64,000 nucleotides of DNA, taken from assembly GCA_023428905.1 (NCBI GenBank), contig JAEYWP010000016.1, positions 232,454-296,453 on the forward strand, written 5' to 3'. Positions 39,129 through 52,289 of the stretch are shown piece by piece. The notes below the pieces were generated by a model that saw nothing but the letters and a program-made list of their open reading frames with translations, made no database searches and had not been told where the DNA came from. Position numbers and translations under genes: made by a program. Each line of letters begins with the position of its first letter. Positions within the stretch are counted from its first letter, which is position 1. Origin of the DNA: Verrucomicrobiota bacterium (GTDB lineage Bacteria > Verrucomicrobiota > Verrucomicrobiia > Opitutales > Opitutaceae).

Positions 39129-40187
39129 CTAATCGTCGCCGCCTTCGTCGTCGGCAATCTTCGCACCCTCCTCGCCGAGTTCCCCGAACAGGCCGGCGGA
39201 CGTGCGGGTGCGCATCCGGTTTTTTTCGATCTCCTTCTGGGCTTCGGCGGAGTAGCGGGTGAACGGGACCGCCAGGAGGCGCTCCTTGGCGATGGGTTTA
39301 CCGGTGACTTCGCAGACGCCGTACGTGCCGTCGTGGATACGCTTGATCGCGGCGTCGATCTCCGTGAGGGCCTCCTGCTCGCTCGAGACCAGGCTCAGGG
39401 CGAAGTCGCGATCGAAGGTGTCGGTGCCGGCGTCGGCCATGTGCTGTCCATAGCTGGAAAGGTCGCCCGAGTCGTCCTTGCTGGAACGCTTCAGGGTTTC
39501 TTCGGTGTGGAGATTCAATCCCTCGGTGAGGTGGGTACGGAGGTCGATCAGCACTTTGTAGAAGCGCCGGAACTTCTCGGGGATCTTCTCCTCATCGTGT
39601 TCCACCGGTGCGGGGGACTTGCGCGGATTGAAGCCCAGGATGTCGGCGAGGGAAGCGGCCTTGATGTGGTGGGGCTGCGCTGGCTTGGCCAGTTTGGTGA
39701 CGTCGACGGTCTTGGCCTTGGTGGTCGTCGCCTTCACCGCCTTCTCGGTATCGGCGGCGGGTTTGCTGGCTGCGGCGGTCTTGGCGATCTCGCGCACCTC
39801 ATCCAGGCTGAAAGCGATCGGCTTTGCAGACTTTTTTCCTCCCAGGATGCGGCTGCGGAGAAGGTCGCGGGCGCTGGCTTTGTCGGTGGATTTGTCGCTG
39901 TTGGGCACGGTGGATTTGGGCTTGGGTTGGGAGGCGGCCGGTGGTGGGGGAGGAGGCGCCTCGGGTGCGGGCTTCTTGACGGATTTCGCAGGCGTTGGGG
40001 CGTGCTTGACGGTGACAGGCTTGGCCGGGGCGTGCTTGGCCGGAGTGGGTTTGGGTGAGCTTGGCTTGGTTGGGCTGGGCTTGGAGTGGACGGGCTTGGG
40101 GTGAGCAGGCTTGGCTTTCTTCGGAGCAGGTTTCGTCGCCTTCTGGACCTTTTTGGCGACGGGGGTGTTTTTTTTGTGCTTTGCCAT
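39129..40187 (-). CDS. DksA/TraR-family protein with a roughly 180-aa Lys/Pro/Ala-rich histone-H1-like N-terminal tail. Start placed at MAKHKKNT.
   Basis: C-terminal DksA/TraR coiled-coil-plus-finger region (…DSGDLSSYGQHMADAGTD…HDGTYGVCEVTGKPIAKERLLAVPFTRYSAEAQ) with only one Cys; N-terminal KP/KA low-complexity repeats. Confidence 0.7.
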   Translation of the reverse strand: MAKHKKNTPVAKKVQKATKPAPKKAKPAHPKPVHSKPSPTKPSSPKPTPAKHAPAKPVTVKHAPTPAKSVKKPAPEAPPPPPPAASQPKPKSTVPNSDKSTDKASARDLLRSRILGGKKSAKPIAFSLDEVREIAKTAAASKPAADTEKAVKATTTKAKTVDVTKLAKPAQPHHIKAASLADILGFNPRKSPAPVEHDEEKIPEKFRRFYKVLIDLRTHLTEGLNLHTEETLKRSSKDDSGDLSSYGQHMADAGTDTFDRDFALSLVSSEQEALTEIDAAIKRIHDGTYGVCEVTGKPIAKERLLAVPFTRYSAEAQKEIEKNRMRTRTSAGLFGELGEEGAKIADDEGGDD

Positions 40188-40216
40188 GAGGTAAGTCGAA
40201 GACGTGGTGCCGCGCC

Positions 40217-43087
40217 TCAGTTTGGTGACTTCAGCGCCTCCGCGCAGCGCGGGCAAAGATCGCCCTGCGGGGATGCCTCAAGCGCGGGCACCCAGCGCCA
40301 ACAGCGGGGGCATCGTGAATGACCCAGCTCCTGGCAGTGACGGACGGTCACGGAGGGACTCGCGTTTGGAACGGACGCGAGAGCGACATGCGATACGATG
40401 AAAAGCTCCGGAAGAAAATCGCGGTGCTTCTCGAGAAGGGCGTGGCGGGCGTCACCGGCCGGACCCGCCAGGCTGACGGCGGCGTCGAGGGACTTGCCGA
40501 GTTTTCCGGCGGCGCGGTGCGGCTCAATGGCCTCGTTCACCGATGCACGGACCTGGAGCAAACCGGCGACATCGCTCTCGATTTCCTCATTCAACCATCC
40601 GGGTGAAACCTCAGGCCAGTCCTGGAGATGGATGGAGTCGCGCGAATATTCGGCTTTCGAATACGCGAAGGACCAGGCCTCGTCGGAGGTGAACGTGAGC
40701 ACCGGCGCGAGCAGGCGTGCGAGGCTGCAGAAGATGTGGTGGATGGCGGTCTGGGACGAGCGGCGCAGGGGGTGAGCCGTGCCCAGAGTATAGAGCCGGT
40801 CCTTCAGGATGTCGTGGTAGGTCGCGGAAAGCGTGACCGAACAGAACTGGTTGCACAGCTGGTAGACGCGGTGGAACTCGTAAGCATCGTAGGCCGCGGT
40901 GCACTCCTGGATGAGCCGGGCGGTTTGGTGCAGGGCCCACCGGTCCAGCGTATCCATCTGATCGAGAGGCACGGCGTCGCGCGCCGGATCGAAATCGAAA
41001 AGGTTGGAGAGCTGATAGCGGAAGGTGTTGCGAATCAGCCGATAGGTCTCGGAGACGATGCTGAGAATGCTGGACGCGTCCTTCACGTCCTTGTCCAGGT
41101 CCGAAACCCGGATATCCTCGCGGAAATCCTGCGAGGCGATCCAGAGGCGGATCACATCCGCTCCATACTGGGCAATGTAATTGTCGGAGGTCGGCGGCTT
41201 CTCGTACTGGCCCGACTTGGAGATTTTCTTGCCGTCCTTGCCGACAATGAAGCCATGGGTGAGGACCCGGCGATAGGGGGCTCCGCCGCCTGCAATGACC
41301 CCGGTCCACAGCGACGACTGGAACCAGCCGCGGTGCTGGTCGCTTCCCTCGAGGTAGAGGTCGGCGGGCCACTGCGTGCCGCCCTGGCCGTGTTTCAGCA
41401 CCGCCATATGGGACGAGCCCGAATCGATCCAGACGTCGAGGGTGTCGCGTCCGCAGGCGAGGGCGGAGGCCGGAGGCCAGCCCGCGGGCAGTGTGACCCC
41501 GTCCAGGATCTCCGTGGTGCTGGCCTCGTACCAGAAATTGGTTCCGCGCGAGGCGATCTTGTCCGCCACGGCGCGCACCACCGAGGCGTCGAGGTAGGCG
41601 GTTTTCTTCTCGTCGTAAAAGGCGATGATGGGCACACCCCAGGACCGCTGGCGGCTGATGCACCAGTCCGGGCGGGCCTCGACGGAGCTGCGAATCCGCT
41701 TCACGCCCGACTCGGGAATCCAGGCGACCTGGTTGATCTGTTCGAGTGCTTCGTTGCGGGTGTTGTTGCGGTCCAGCGAAACGAACCACTGGTCGACCGC
41801 GCGGAAGATAATCGGAGTCTTGGATCTCCAGCAGTGCGGGTAACTGTGGGTGAGATTCTGCTTGGCGAGGAGGGCTCCGGCCGCGGCGAGTTTCTTCAGG
41901 ACCGCCACGTTGGCGGCCGACGTACGCTTCTTTTCCAGGTCCTCGACGGATTCGAGGGTGCTGAGTCCCACGAGGTCGGCAGGCACGCGGCCATCGTCGA
42001 CATAACGCCCGTCGTCGCCGACCGGGCAATACACCTCGATGCCATATTTCAGGCCCGTCAGGTAATCCTCGGTGCCGTGCCCGGGAGCGGTGTGCACGCA
42101 GCCGGTACCGCTGTCGGTTGTGACGTAGTCGGCAAGGACAACCGGGCTCGGGCGGTCGATGAAGGGATGGCGCGGCGCGAGCTTTTCGAGCTCGGCCCCC
42201 GGCAGGGTTTTCACCACGGCGGGAGTAGCCTCGATCTTGGCGGCGGCGAGGACGGCGCCGAGCAGGGGAGAGGCGACAATCAGGCGCTCTGCGCCTGTAT
42301 CGGCGACCACGTATTCGACCTCTGGGTGCACCGCGATCGCCAGATTGGCCGGCAGGGTCCAGGGGGTGGTCGTCCAGATGACGACAAAAAGCGGCTTGTC
42401 GGCCGGCAGTCCGAAGCGCGCCGCCTCGTCCGCACTGACCGCGAACTTCACCCAGATCGACGGGCTGACGTGGTCCTTGTATTCAATTTCCGCCTCAGCG
42501 AGCGCGGTTTCGAAGGGAATGGACCAATAAACCGGCTTTTTGCTGCGGTAGACGAGCCCCTTCTCCACAAACGCGGCAAAGGTGCGAATGATGTCCGCCT
42601 CGTAGGCCGGCGCCTTGGTCTTGTATTCGGAGGTCCAGTCGGCGAGGACGCCGAGACGCTTGAACTGGCCGGTCTGCTTGGCGATCCACGTCTCCGCGAA
42701 GGCATCACACTGGGCGCGCAACTCGGCGGTGGAGACCGTCTTCTTCTCCGCCTGCAGGGCACGGGTCACCTTTTGTTCAATCGGCAGACCATGGCAGTCC
42801 CAGCCGGGTACATAAGGCGTGCGGAAGCCCCGCATCGACTTGTACCGGAGGGTGATGTCCTTGAGCGTCTTGTTCAGCGCGGTTCCGATATGGACGTCGC
42901 CATTGGTGAAGGGCGGACCGTCGTGCAGCACAAAGCTGCGGGCGCCTTGCCGCCTCTTCTGGATGGCCGCATACAGCCCTGTCTTCTCCCAGTGCGCAAT
43001 CCGTGCGGGCTCACGCCCCACCAGATTGGCGCGCATTGGAAAATCCGTCTTGGGAAGCTGTAGCGTGTCTTTCAGGTCTTGCGCCAT
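40217..43087 (-). CDS. ileS: Isoleucine--tRNA ligase
   Basis: 956 aa, HIGH-type (PPFTNGDVHIGTALN) and KMSKS (KISKS) motifs, C-terminal Zn-finger CPRCWRW…CPRCAEAL. Confidence 0.93.
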   Translation of the reverse strand: MAQDLKDTLQLPKTDFPMRANLVGREPARIAHWEKTGLYAAIQKRRQGARSFVLHDGPPFTNGDVHIGTALNKTLKDITLRYKSMRGFRTPYVPGWDCHGLPIEQKVTRALQAEKKTVSTAELRAQCDAFAETWIAKQTGQFKRLGVLADWTSEYKTKAPAYEADIIRTFAAFVEKGLVYRSKKPVYWSIPFETALAEAEIEYKDHVSPSIWVKFAVSADEAARFGLPADKPLFVVIWTTTPWTLPANLAIAVHPEVEYVVADTGAERLIVASPLLGAVLAAAKIEATPAVVKTLPGAELEKLAPRHPFIDRPSPVVLADYVTTDSGTGCVHTAPGHGTEDYLTGLKYGIEVYCPVGDDGRYVDDGRVPADLVGLSTLESVEDLEKKRTSAANVAVLKKLAAAGALLAKQNLTHSYPHCWRSKTPIIFRAVDQWFVSLDRNNTRNEALEQINQVAWIPESGVKRIRSSVEARPDWCISRQRSWGVPIIAFYDEKKTAYLDASVVRAVADKIASRGTNFWYEASTTEILDGVTLPAGWPPASALACGRDTLDVWIDSGSSHMAVLKHGQGGTQWPADLYLEGSDQHRGWFQSSLWTGVIAGGGAPYRRVLTHGFIVGKDGKKISKSGQYEKPPTSDNYIAQYGADVIRLWIASQDFREDIRVSDLDKDVKDASSILSIVSETYRLIRNTFRYQLSNLFDFDPARDAVPLDQMDTLDRWALHQTARLIQECTAAYDAYEFHRVYQLCNQFCSVTLSATYHDILKDRLYTLGTAHPLRRSSQTAIHHIFCSLARLLAPVLTFTSDEAWSFAYSKAEYSRDSIHLQDWPEVSPGWLNEEIESDVAGLLQVRASVNEAIEPHRAAGKLGKSLDAAVSLAGPAGDARHALLEKHRDFLPELFIVSHVALASVPNASPSVTVRHCQELGHSRCPRCWRWVPALEASPQGDLCPRCAEALKSPN

Positions 43088-43223
43088 GCCAAAGAAAAGC
43101 GCGGAAGGCTATGCTGCGGCCGGGGGGAGTCAAGGGAACTCGCCCCGGCTGAGGCCCTCTGGCCGCCCGCTTTTTTCGGGAGGCTTTGCGCCGGGAAAAG
43201 GGGCGAAAATCGGGAGGCGACTT

Positions 43224-43281
43224 TGTCAATAGTCAAGACATGACCCCTTAATCTTAAGGGGTCATGTCTTGACTATTGACA
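43224..43281. repeat. Perfect 28-bp/28-bp inverted repeat with 2-bp spacer (TGTCAATAGTCAAGACATGACCCCTTAA-tc-TTAAGGGGTCATGTCTTGACTATTGACA)
   Basis: Read directly from the sequence; AT-rich relative to the surroundings; lies between the hemY stop and the ileS start. Confidence 0.9.
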
Positions 43282-43303
43282 CGATCGCCCCCGGTGAGGG
43301 TCT

Positions 43304-44698
43304 TCACATTCCCAAGACTTGCGCGGCAAGTCGGCGGCCCGAGGCCAGGCAGTTGGGCAGTGAGATTCCGTCACGGGTATTTCCGCCGATGAGGAGGCCG
43401 GGGAGGTCCTTTTCCGCCCGCGCCATCACCTCGAGATGGCGCTCATACCCGAGTTGGTACTGCGGGATCGCGCGCGGCCAGAAGTGGTGGTGGCGGAAGA
43501 CCGGATCGCCGCGCACGCCGAGCAGTTTTCCGAGCTCAGGCGCGACCACGCCAAAAACGTCGTCGGGGGACTGACGCGCCAGGTCGGGGCGAAGGGCACC
43601 TCCGACCATCACGGTCAGAGCGACGTGGCCGTCCGGAGCGCGACCGGGGAACAGGGTGGAGGAAAAGAGAACGCCGAGGAGATTCAGTTTTTCGGCCGCC
43701 GGGACGAGGGCGCCGAAGCCGTCGAGAGGGTGCTCCACCTGATCGCGGCGGTAACCGAGAAAAAGCGACATCACCGGCGGGTACTCAACGGCCTCGAGGC
43801 AGGCGAGGGGGCGCTCCGCGAGGGATCCAAAACTCAGTTGCGCGAGCGACGGAGCCGGTATGGCCAGCAGGATGTGGGAAAAGGTCTCGGTGTGGGTTTC
43901 GCCCGCGCGGCTCCAGACCAGGCGCCACGGCTTGCCCGGGAGCAGGCTCTCAATCTTCACCCCACACTCGATCGAGTCGCGGGGCAGGCTGGCCGCCAAC
44001 GCGTCGGTCAGCACCTGCAATCCTCCTCTGAAAGAGATGATCCGGGATTTCGGCTCACCTTCCGCGCGGCGCGTCCGAGCCTGGGCGATCTGACCGCGGA
44101 TCAGCGACCCGTGGGTTTGCTCACACGCCCAAAGCTTGGGAAAGGCGACGCGGGCTGAGAGCCGGTTGGGGTCGCCCGCGTAGATCCCGGAGACAACCGG
44201 ATTGAGGGCATAGTCAACGATCTCGTCGCCAAAATGGTCGCGCACGAAACTGGCGAGGCTGACATCACTGGTGCGCCGACGCCGGCGACTGAAGGGCTCG
44301 GTCAAGAGGCGCAGTTTGCTGCGAGCGGAGAACAGATCGGTGCGGGCCAGCGCCGCGGGGGACATCGGAACCGCGCAAGCGCGGCCGCCGCGTACGATGA
44401 AACGTTTTTTTGCCGCTGGATTTGCTTCCACGCGCTCCGCCGCCAGCCCGAGTTCGGAAATCAGATCCACCACCTCGCGGGTGTTTTCCTGCAGCGAGTT
44501 CGGCCCCGACTCGATCAGCCAGCCATCGAGGCGCGTGGTGCCCACCGCCCCACCCAGGCCGGGTCCGGCCTCGAAGAGCCGTACCGCTTTCCCTGCCCGT
44601 GCCAGCCGGTGCGCGGCCGCCAGGCCGGTGGCGCCACCGCCGATCACGGCGATGGGGAGCTGGGATGCGGGGCGGGTGGACGGAGAGGGCGTGGACAT
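43304..44698 (-). CDS. hemY: Protoporphyrinogen oxidase (HemY/PgoX family FAD amine-oxidase fold)
   Basis: N-terminal FAD dinucleotide-binding motif (IAVIGGGATGLAAAHRLA), 464 aa, clustered with hemE and hemF. Confidence 0.8.
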   Translation of the reverse strand: MSTPSPSTRPASQLPIAVIGGGATGLAAAHRLARAGKAVRLFEAGPGLGGAVGTTRLDGWLIESGPNSLQENTREVVDLISELGLAAERVEANPAAKKRFIVRGGRACAVPMSPAALARTDLFSARSKLRLLTEPFSRRRRRTSDVSLASFVRDHFGDEIVDYALNPVVSGIYAGDPNRLSARVAFPKLWACEQTHGSLIRGQIAQARTRRAEGEPKSRIISFRGGLQVLTDALAASLPRDSIECGVKIESLLPGKPWRLVWSRAGETHTETFSHILLAIPAPSLAQLSFGSLAERPLACLEAVEYPPVMSLFLGYRRDQVEHPLDGFGALVPAAEKLNLLGVLFSSTLFPGRAPDGHVALTVMVGGALRPDLARQSPDDVFGVVAPELGKLLGVRGDPVFRHHHFWPRAIPQYQLGYERHLEVMARAEKDLPGLLIGGNTRDGISLPNCLASGRRLAAQVLGM

Positions 44699-44717
44699 GG
44701 CGCGGGCTGGGCCCGGG

Positions 44718-45749
44718 CTAATGCTTCCACGAAACCACCGTGTTCACCAGCGTTTCCATGCACTCGATCTTGGCGGAGGGAGTGATGCCATGACCGAGAT
44801 TGAAGATGTGGCCGCGCGTGCCGCGCATCGTCTCCAGGATGCGGGTCGATTCCCGGCGCACGATCTCCGGCGAGGTCTGCATGATCACGGGGTCGAGGTT
44901 GCCCTGGAGCGCCACGTTTCCGGGAACCGCGTGGCGGACCATACCGAGGTCGACCGTCCAGTCGACGCTCAGCGCCCGGACCCCGGAAAAAGCCTGATCG
45001 GTCAGGTGCGAACAGGTGCCGCGGGCATAGAGGATGACAGGAAAATCCGGCGGCAGGGCCGCCACCACCTGGCGTATCCAGTGCAGGGATGCCGCGACGT
45101 AGTCGGGCCCGGCGATGATGCCGCCCCACGAATCAAAGATCTGGATCGCGTCCACCCCCGCCGCGATCTGCATCCGGAAGTAGCGGATCAATGCCTCGGT
45201 GATGCGGGTGAGCAGCGCGTCAAACAGCAGACGATCCGTGTAGAAGAGGCTCTTGATCCGCTCAAAGTCGTCGGAACTGCCGCCCTCCACCATATAGGTC
45301 GCAAGGGTCCAGGGCGAGCCACCGAAACCCAACAGCGCGGTTTGCCCGGCGAGCTCGCGGCGCAGGATGCGCAGCGTGTCGGGAACGTACTGGAGCCGTT
45401 CGTCCACCGCCTCGGCCGGAGCCAGGGCCGCGACGTGATCGCGGTTCTCGATCCGGTGCGACATCGCAATCCCACCCTGGTCGCGGAATGTGTAGGGCTG
45501 GCCCAGGGCTTCGGGGATGACGAGGATGTCGGAGAACAGGATGGCGGCGTCGAGCGGGAAGCGGCGCAGGGGCTGCAGGGTGACTTCCGTGGCCAGGTCC
45601 GGCGTCTTCACCATCTGCAGGAACGAGGACTTGGCCTTCAGCTCGCGGTATTCCGGCAGATAACGTCCCGCTTGCCGCATCACCCAGATGGGCGGGCGGT
45701 CGAGGGGTTCGCAGGCGCAGGCAGCGAGGAAGCGTTCGCGGGAAGTCAT
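44718..45749 (-). CDS. hemE: Uroporphyrinogen decarboxylase
   Basis: PIWVMRQAGRYLPEY signature near the N-terminus; start at MTSRERF. Confidence 0.9.
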   Translation of the reverse strand: MTSRERFLAACACEPLDRPPIWVMRQAGRYLPEYRELKAKSSFLQMVKTPDLATEVTLQPLRRFPLDAAILFSDILVIPEALGQPYTFRDQGGIAMSHRIENRDHVAALAPAEAVDERLQYVPDTLRILRRELAGQTALLGFGGSPWTLATYMVEGGSSDDFERIKSLFYTDRLLFDALLTRITEALIRYFRMQIAAGVDAIQIFDSWGGIIAGPDYVAASLHWIRQVVAALPPDFPVILYARGTCSHLTDQAFSGVRALSVDWTVDLGMVRHAVPGNVALQGNLDPVIMQTSPEIVRRESTRILETMRGTRGHIFNLGHGITPSAKIECMETLVNTVVSWKH

Positions 45750-45849
45750 GTCACCACCAAGGCAGAAGGTTCGCCCGGCGAGTGCAATCCTGCGCATTCG
45801 CGCCACTTAGGGCAATCCGTCGCCCGGAGGCACCGGCCATGCTCGCCCG

Positions 45850-47683
<1,834 letters not shown>

Positions 47684-47690
47684 GGCCGGA

Positions 47691-48515
47691 TTACTTCGGG
47701 AAGGCGGCGGTGCGCACGAGGCGGAGGGGGTCGTCGTGGACGCAGTGGCCGCCCCGGTACGCACGATCGACATTGCTCTCGGCCAGGACGTCAGACAGCG
47801 GGCCCTCTGCGATCAGCGAGCGGTTGATCAGCACGCCCTGGCGGAAGTGAGCACGTGCCAGTGCCAGGTCGTGGACCACCGCGAGGACAGTGCGCCCCTG
47901 CGCCTCCCAGGCGCGAAGAATGTGGGCGAGCTCCTCGGTGGCATGGAGGTCCAGCCCGCCGAAGGGTTCGTCGAGGAGAAAGATGTCGGCTCCCTGCGCC
48001 AGGGCGCGGGCAAGGAACACCCGCTGCTGCTGCCCGCCGGAGAGCATGCGGATCTGGCGCTCCGCGAGCTCGGTGATGTCGAGTTCGGCGAGCGCGCGTT
48101 CGACCCGCTCGGCGTCGCGGGTTCCGAAGCGCTGGTACCACCGGAGGGAAGGGTAGCGGCCCTGCTCGACCACCCCGCGGACGGTGATGGGAAAATCCCA
48201 GTCCACCGTCTGCCGCTGGGGCAGATAGGCCAGCCGGGGAAGCAGATGCTGCGTATGAGCGTCCCCAATACGAATTTCTCCGGACTCCAGCGGGTGCCAG
48301 CCCAGGATTGCGCGCAACAGGGTGCTTTTGCCCGCGCCGTTCGGGCCGAGCAGGGCGGTCAGGCTGCCGCAGGAAATGCTCACGCTGAGGCGGTCCAGGG
48401 CCAGTACTGACCCGTGGCGCACCGTCACGTCGCGCACGCGGAGAATGTTGTGGTGGTGGGACAAGACCGGATCAACCTGTGGGCCGCGACGGCGCGAGGC
48501 GAGCCCGGTTCTCAA
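47691..48515 (-). CDS. znuC: Metal ABC transporter ATP-binding protein. The start is uncertain and is probably downstream of the ORF-track start.
   Basis: Walker A GPNGAGKSTLL, signature LSGGQQQRV, Walker B FLLDEP. Confidence 0.85.
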   Translation of the reverse strand: MRTGLASRRRGPQVDPVLSHHHNILRVRDVTVRHGSVLALDRLSVSISCGSLTALLGPNGAGKSTLLRAILGWHPLESGEIRIGDAHTQHLLPRLAYLPQRQTVDWDFPITVRGVVEQGRYPSLRWYQRFGTRDAERVERALAELDITELAERQIRMLSGGQQQRVFLARALAQGADIFLLDEPFGGLDLHATEELAHILRAWEAQGRTVLAVVHDLALARAHFRQGVLINRSLIAEGPLSDVLAESNVDRAYRGGHCVHDDPLRLVRTAAFPK

Positions 48516-49426
48516 CGCAGGGCGGAGAGGACGGTGTCCACGTTGGCCTGCATCATGCCCAGGTAGGTTGCGCCGGGAGTTCCGGGCAGGCCCAGACTGT
48601 CGGTGTACAGCTGGCGAACGACGGACACACCTGCCTCGCGCGCCACCAGCTCGGTCAGTTTCGGGTTGGTGGTCGCCTCAAAAAAAACCGCCCGGACGTG
48701 CTCGCGACGAATGAGCGTCACCACGCGGACCAGCTGACGTGCGCTCGGCTCGCGGTCGGGGCTCAGCCCGGCGATCGGCACCAACCGCAGGCCGTAGGCT
48801 CGCGCGAAATAACCCAGCGCATCGTGCGAAGTCACCAGGGTGCGGGCCTGCGGTGGCAGCGCTCCCAGCGCTGCCGCTGCCGAGGCATGCAGTGCCTGCA
48901 ACGACGCGACATAGCGTTGCCGACGCCCCTCGATTTCTTTCGCGGCGTCGGGGAGGCGTTCGGTCAGCGCGCGGGCGATGCCATTCACATAATGCTCCCC
49001 GTTTCGAGGGTCGTGCCAGGCATGGGGATCGAGGGCCTCCTCGCCGTGGTCGTGCCCCTCATGACCGTGGTCGTGGTGTGCGGCCTCCAGTGGGTAGGGC
49101 AACTTTTCCGCCACGCGCAGCACGGCACCGGCATACCCTGAACTGGCAAGCATCCGTCCGGACCAGGGTTCTAGGCCGAGCCCGTTTTCGATCACCAGGT
49201 CGGCGCCTGTCAGTCGGCGTACGTCCGCTGGTTTCGGCTCAAAACTGTGGGGATCGGCGCCGAGCGGCACCAGGCAGTGCACCTCGGCGCTCTCCCCGGC
49301 CAGCTCGCGCGCGATGTCGGCCAGAACCGTGTGCGTGGTGACGACGACGGGTCGTGTCGCGTTGGCGGTGCAGGCGAGTGAGGAAAGGAAAACGAGGCCG
49401 GCGATCAGACGGGAGAGGAGCCACAT
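48512..49426 (-). CDS. znuA: Metal ABC transporter substrate-binding protein (ZnuA/TroA-like) with a His-rich loop
   Basis: Signal peptide; His/Asp/Glu-rich flexible loop (AAHHDHGHEGHDHGEE…HAWHD) typical of zinc-specific ZnuA. Confidence 0.85.
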   Translation of the reverse strand: MWLLSRLIAGLVFLSSLACTANATRPVVVTTHTVLADIARELAGESAEVHCLVPLGADPHSFEPKPADVRRLTGADLVIENGLGLEPWSGRMLASSGYAGAVLRVAEKLPYPLEAAHHDHGHEGHDHGEEALDPHAWHDPRNGEHYVNGIARALTERLPDAAKEIEGRRQRYVASLQALHASAAAALGALPPQARTLVTSHDALGYFARAYGLRLVPIAGLSPDREPSARQLVRVVTLIRREHVRAVFFEATTNPKLTELVAREAGVSVVRQLYTDSLGLPGTPGATYLGMMQANVDTVLSALR

Positions 49427-49527
49427 GGCGGCACTATAACAAGTCTGTCCAGGGGGGACGATCCGCCGCGACCGCCCAGCGTGCGCACGCGGGCGGGGCA
49501 GGACGGAGGTGGCGGCACGCGCTCGAC

Positions 49528-50568
49528 TCAGCGTTGCTTGGGTCGGGTGACGCCGGGGAAGGTCACCGTCGGTGCGGGGGCCGGGGTGGGAGTGGGCGCC
49601 GCCGGTGAAACCGGGGTGCTGATGGGATTGCCGGCGGGACGGATCGGCTTTTCGCGACTCGACGGGGTCACCGGCGAGATCGGATTCGATGCGCCCAGCG
49701 TTTGCGTGCCAGCGGGCAAGGGAGGCAGCGCGGCGAAACCGCGCTCAATCAATTCTCCGACCCGAAGGTCGCGTGTCACACGGTCGGGGCTGCCCATCAC
49801 GACGACGATGACCCGACGTCCGTTGCGTTCGGCGGTCGCGGCCAGGCAGAAGCCGGCACCGTTTGTAAAACCTGTCTTGAGGCCGTCTACCCCGCCAACC
49901 TTTCCCAGCAGGTGGTTGTGGTTGCGCATGATCACCGGTTCGAGGGCTTCCGGGCGGAACGGCCTTTCCTTGACCGAGCTGTAGCGCAGGACGTCGGTGG
50001 TGCGGAGCAGTTCCCGGCTGAGCAGGGCAAGGTCGCGAGGACTGGTGAGGTCGCCTTCGCTGAGCTTGCGGCTCGGAGGCGGCAGGCCGTGCGGCGAGCG
50101 AAACGTCGTCTTGCTCATGCCCAGCACCTGAGCCCGGGCATTCATCAACTCGACAAACGCCTCCTTGGAGCCGGCGGCGGCCCGGGCGAGGGCATGGGCC
50201 GCGTCGTTAGCCGACTGGATCATCAACGCATACAGCAGTTCCTCAACGGTGAAGACCTCGCCCTCCTTCAGCCAGACCTGGGTGCCGCCCATCCGGGCAT
50301 CCTGGGCGTTCACCGTGACCTCGGTCCCGGCGGAGAGGTGGCCGCTTTGTATCCGGTCGTGGACGACAAGGAAGGTCATTAGCTTCGTCACGCTGGCGGG
50401 CGGGGTGACGATGTCCGCGTTCTCCTCGAAAACCACGTCGCCACTGGCGGCGTCCATCACGATCGCGCCCTTGTAGGGCGCAGCGGCCGCCTTGGGCTTG
50501 GCGGCAAACGTCGGCAGGGCCGTGCAGAGCGCGGCGATGGAGGTGAGAAAAAGGCGCCGAAGAAGCAT
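49528..50568 (-). CDS. dacC: D-alanyl-D-alanine carboxypeptidase (peptidase S11, PBP5/6-like) with a Pro/Thr/Ala-rich C-terminal tail
   Basis: Signal peptide; SxxK active-site motif (PASVTKLMT), SxN and KTG regions. Confidence 0.85.
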   Translation of the reverse strand: MLLRRLFLTSIAALCTALPTFAAKPKAAAAPYKGAIVMDAASGDVVFEENADIVTPPASVTKLMTFLVVHDRIQSGHLSAGTEVTVNAQDARMGGTQVWLKEGEVFTVEELLYALMIQSANDAAHALARAAAGSKEAFVELMNARAQVLGMSKTTFRSPHGLPPPSRKLSEGDLTSPRDLALLSRELLRTTDVLRYSSVKERPFRPEALEPVIMRNHNHLLGKVGGVDGLKTGFTNGAGFCLAATAERNGRRVIVVVMGSPDRVTRDLRVGELIERGFAALPPLPAGTQTLGASNPISPVTPSSREKPIRPAGNPISTPVSPAAPTPTPAPAPTVTFPGVTRPKQR

Positions 50569-50621
50569 CCGCGCAAAAAGCGGCTTTTTCAGCTGCGGCG
50601 CGAGCGAATTTCAGAGCGATT

Positions 50622-52289
<1,668 letters not shown>

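Noticed and set aside
43224-43281. 58-bp palindrome as a simple rho-independent terminator
   Set aside because: There is no U/T tract after the hairpin on either strand, and the stem is AT-rich and far longer than typical terminators. It is reported as an unexplained palindrome instead.
48512-49426. His-rich stretch in ZnuA, considered as an unusual metal-binding island
   Set aside because: A His/Asp/Glu-rich flexible loop is a standard feature of zinc-specific ZnuA binding proteins, so it is not novel.
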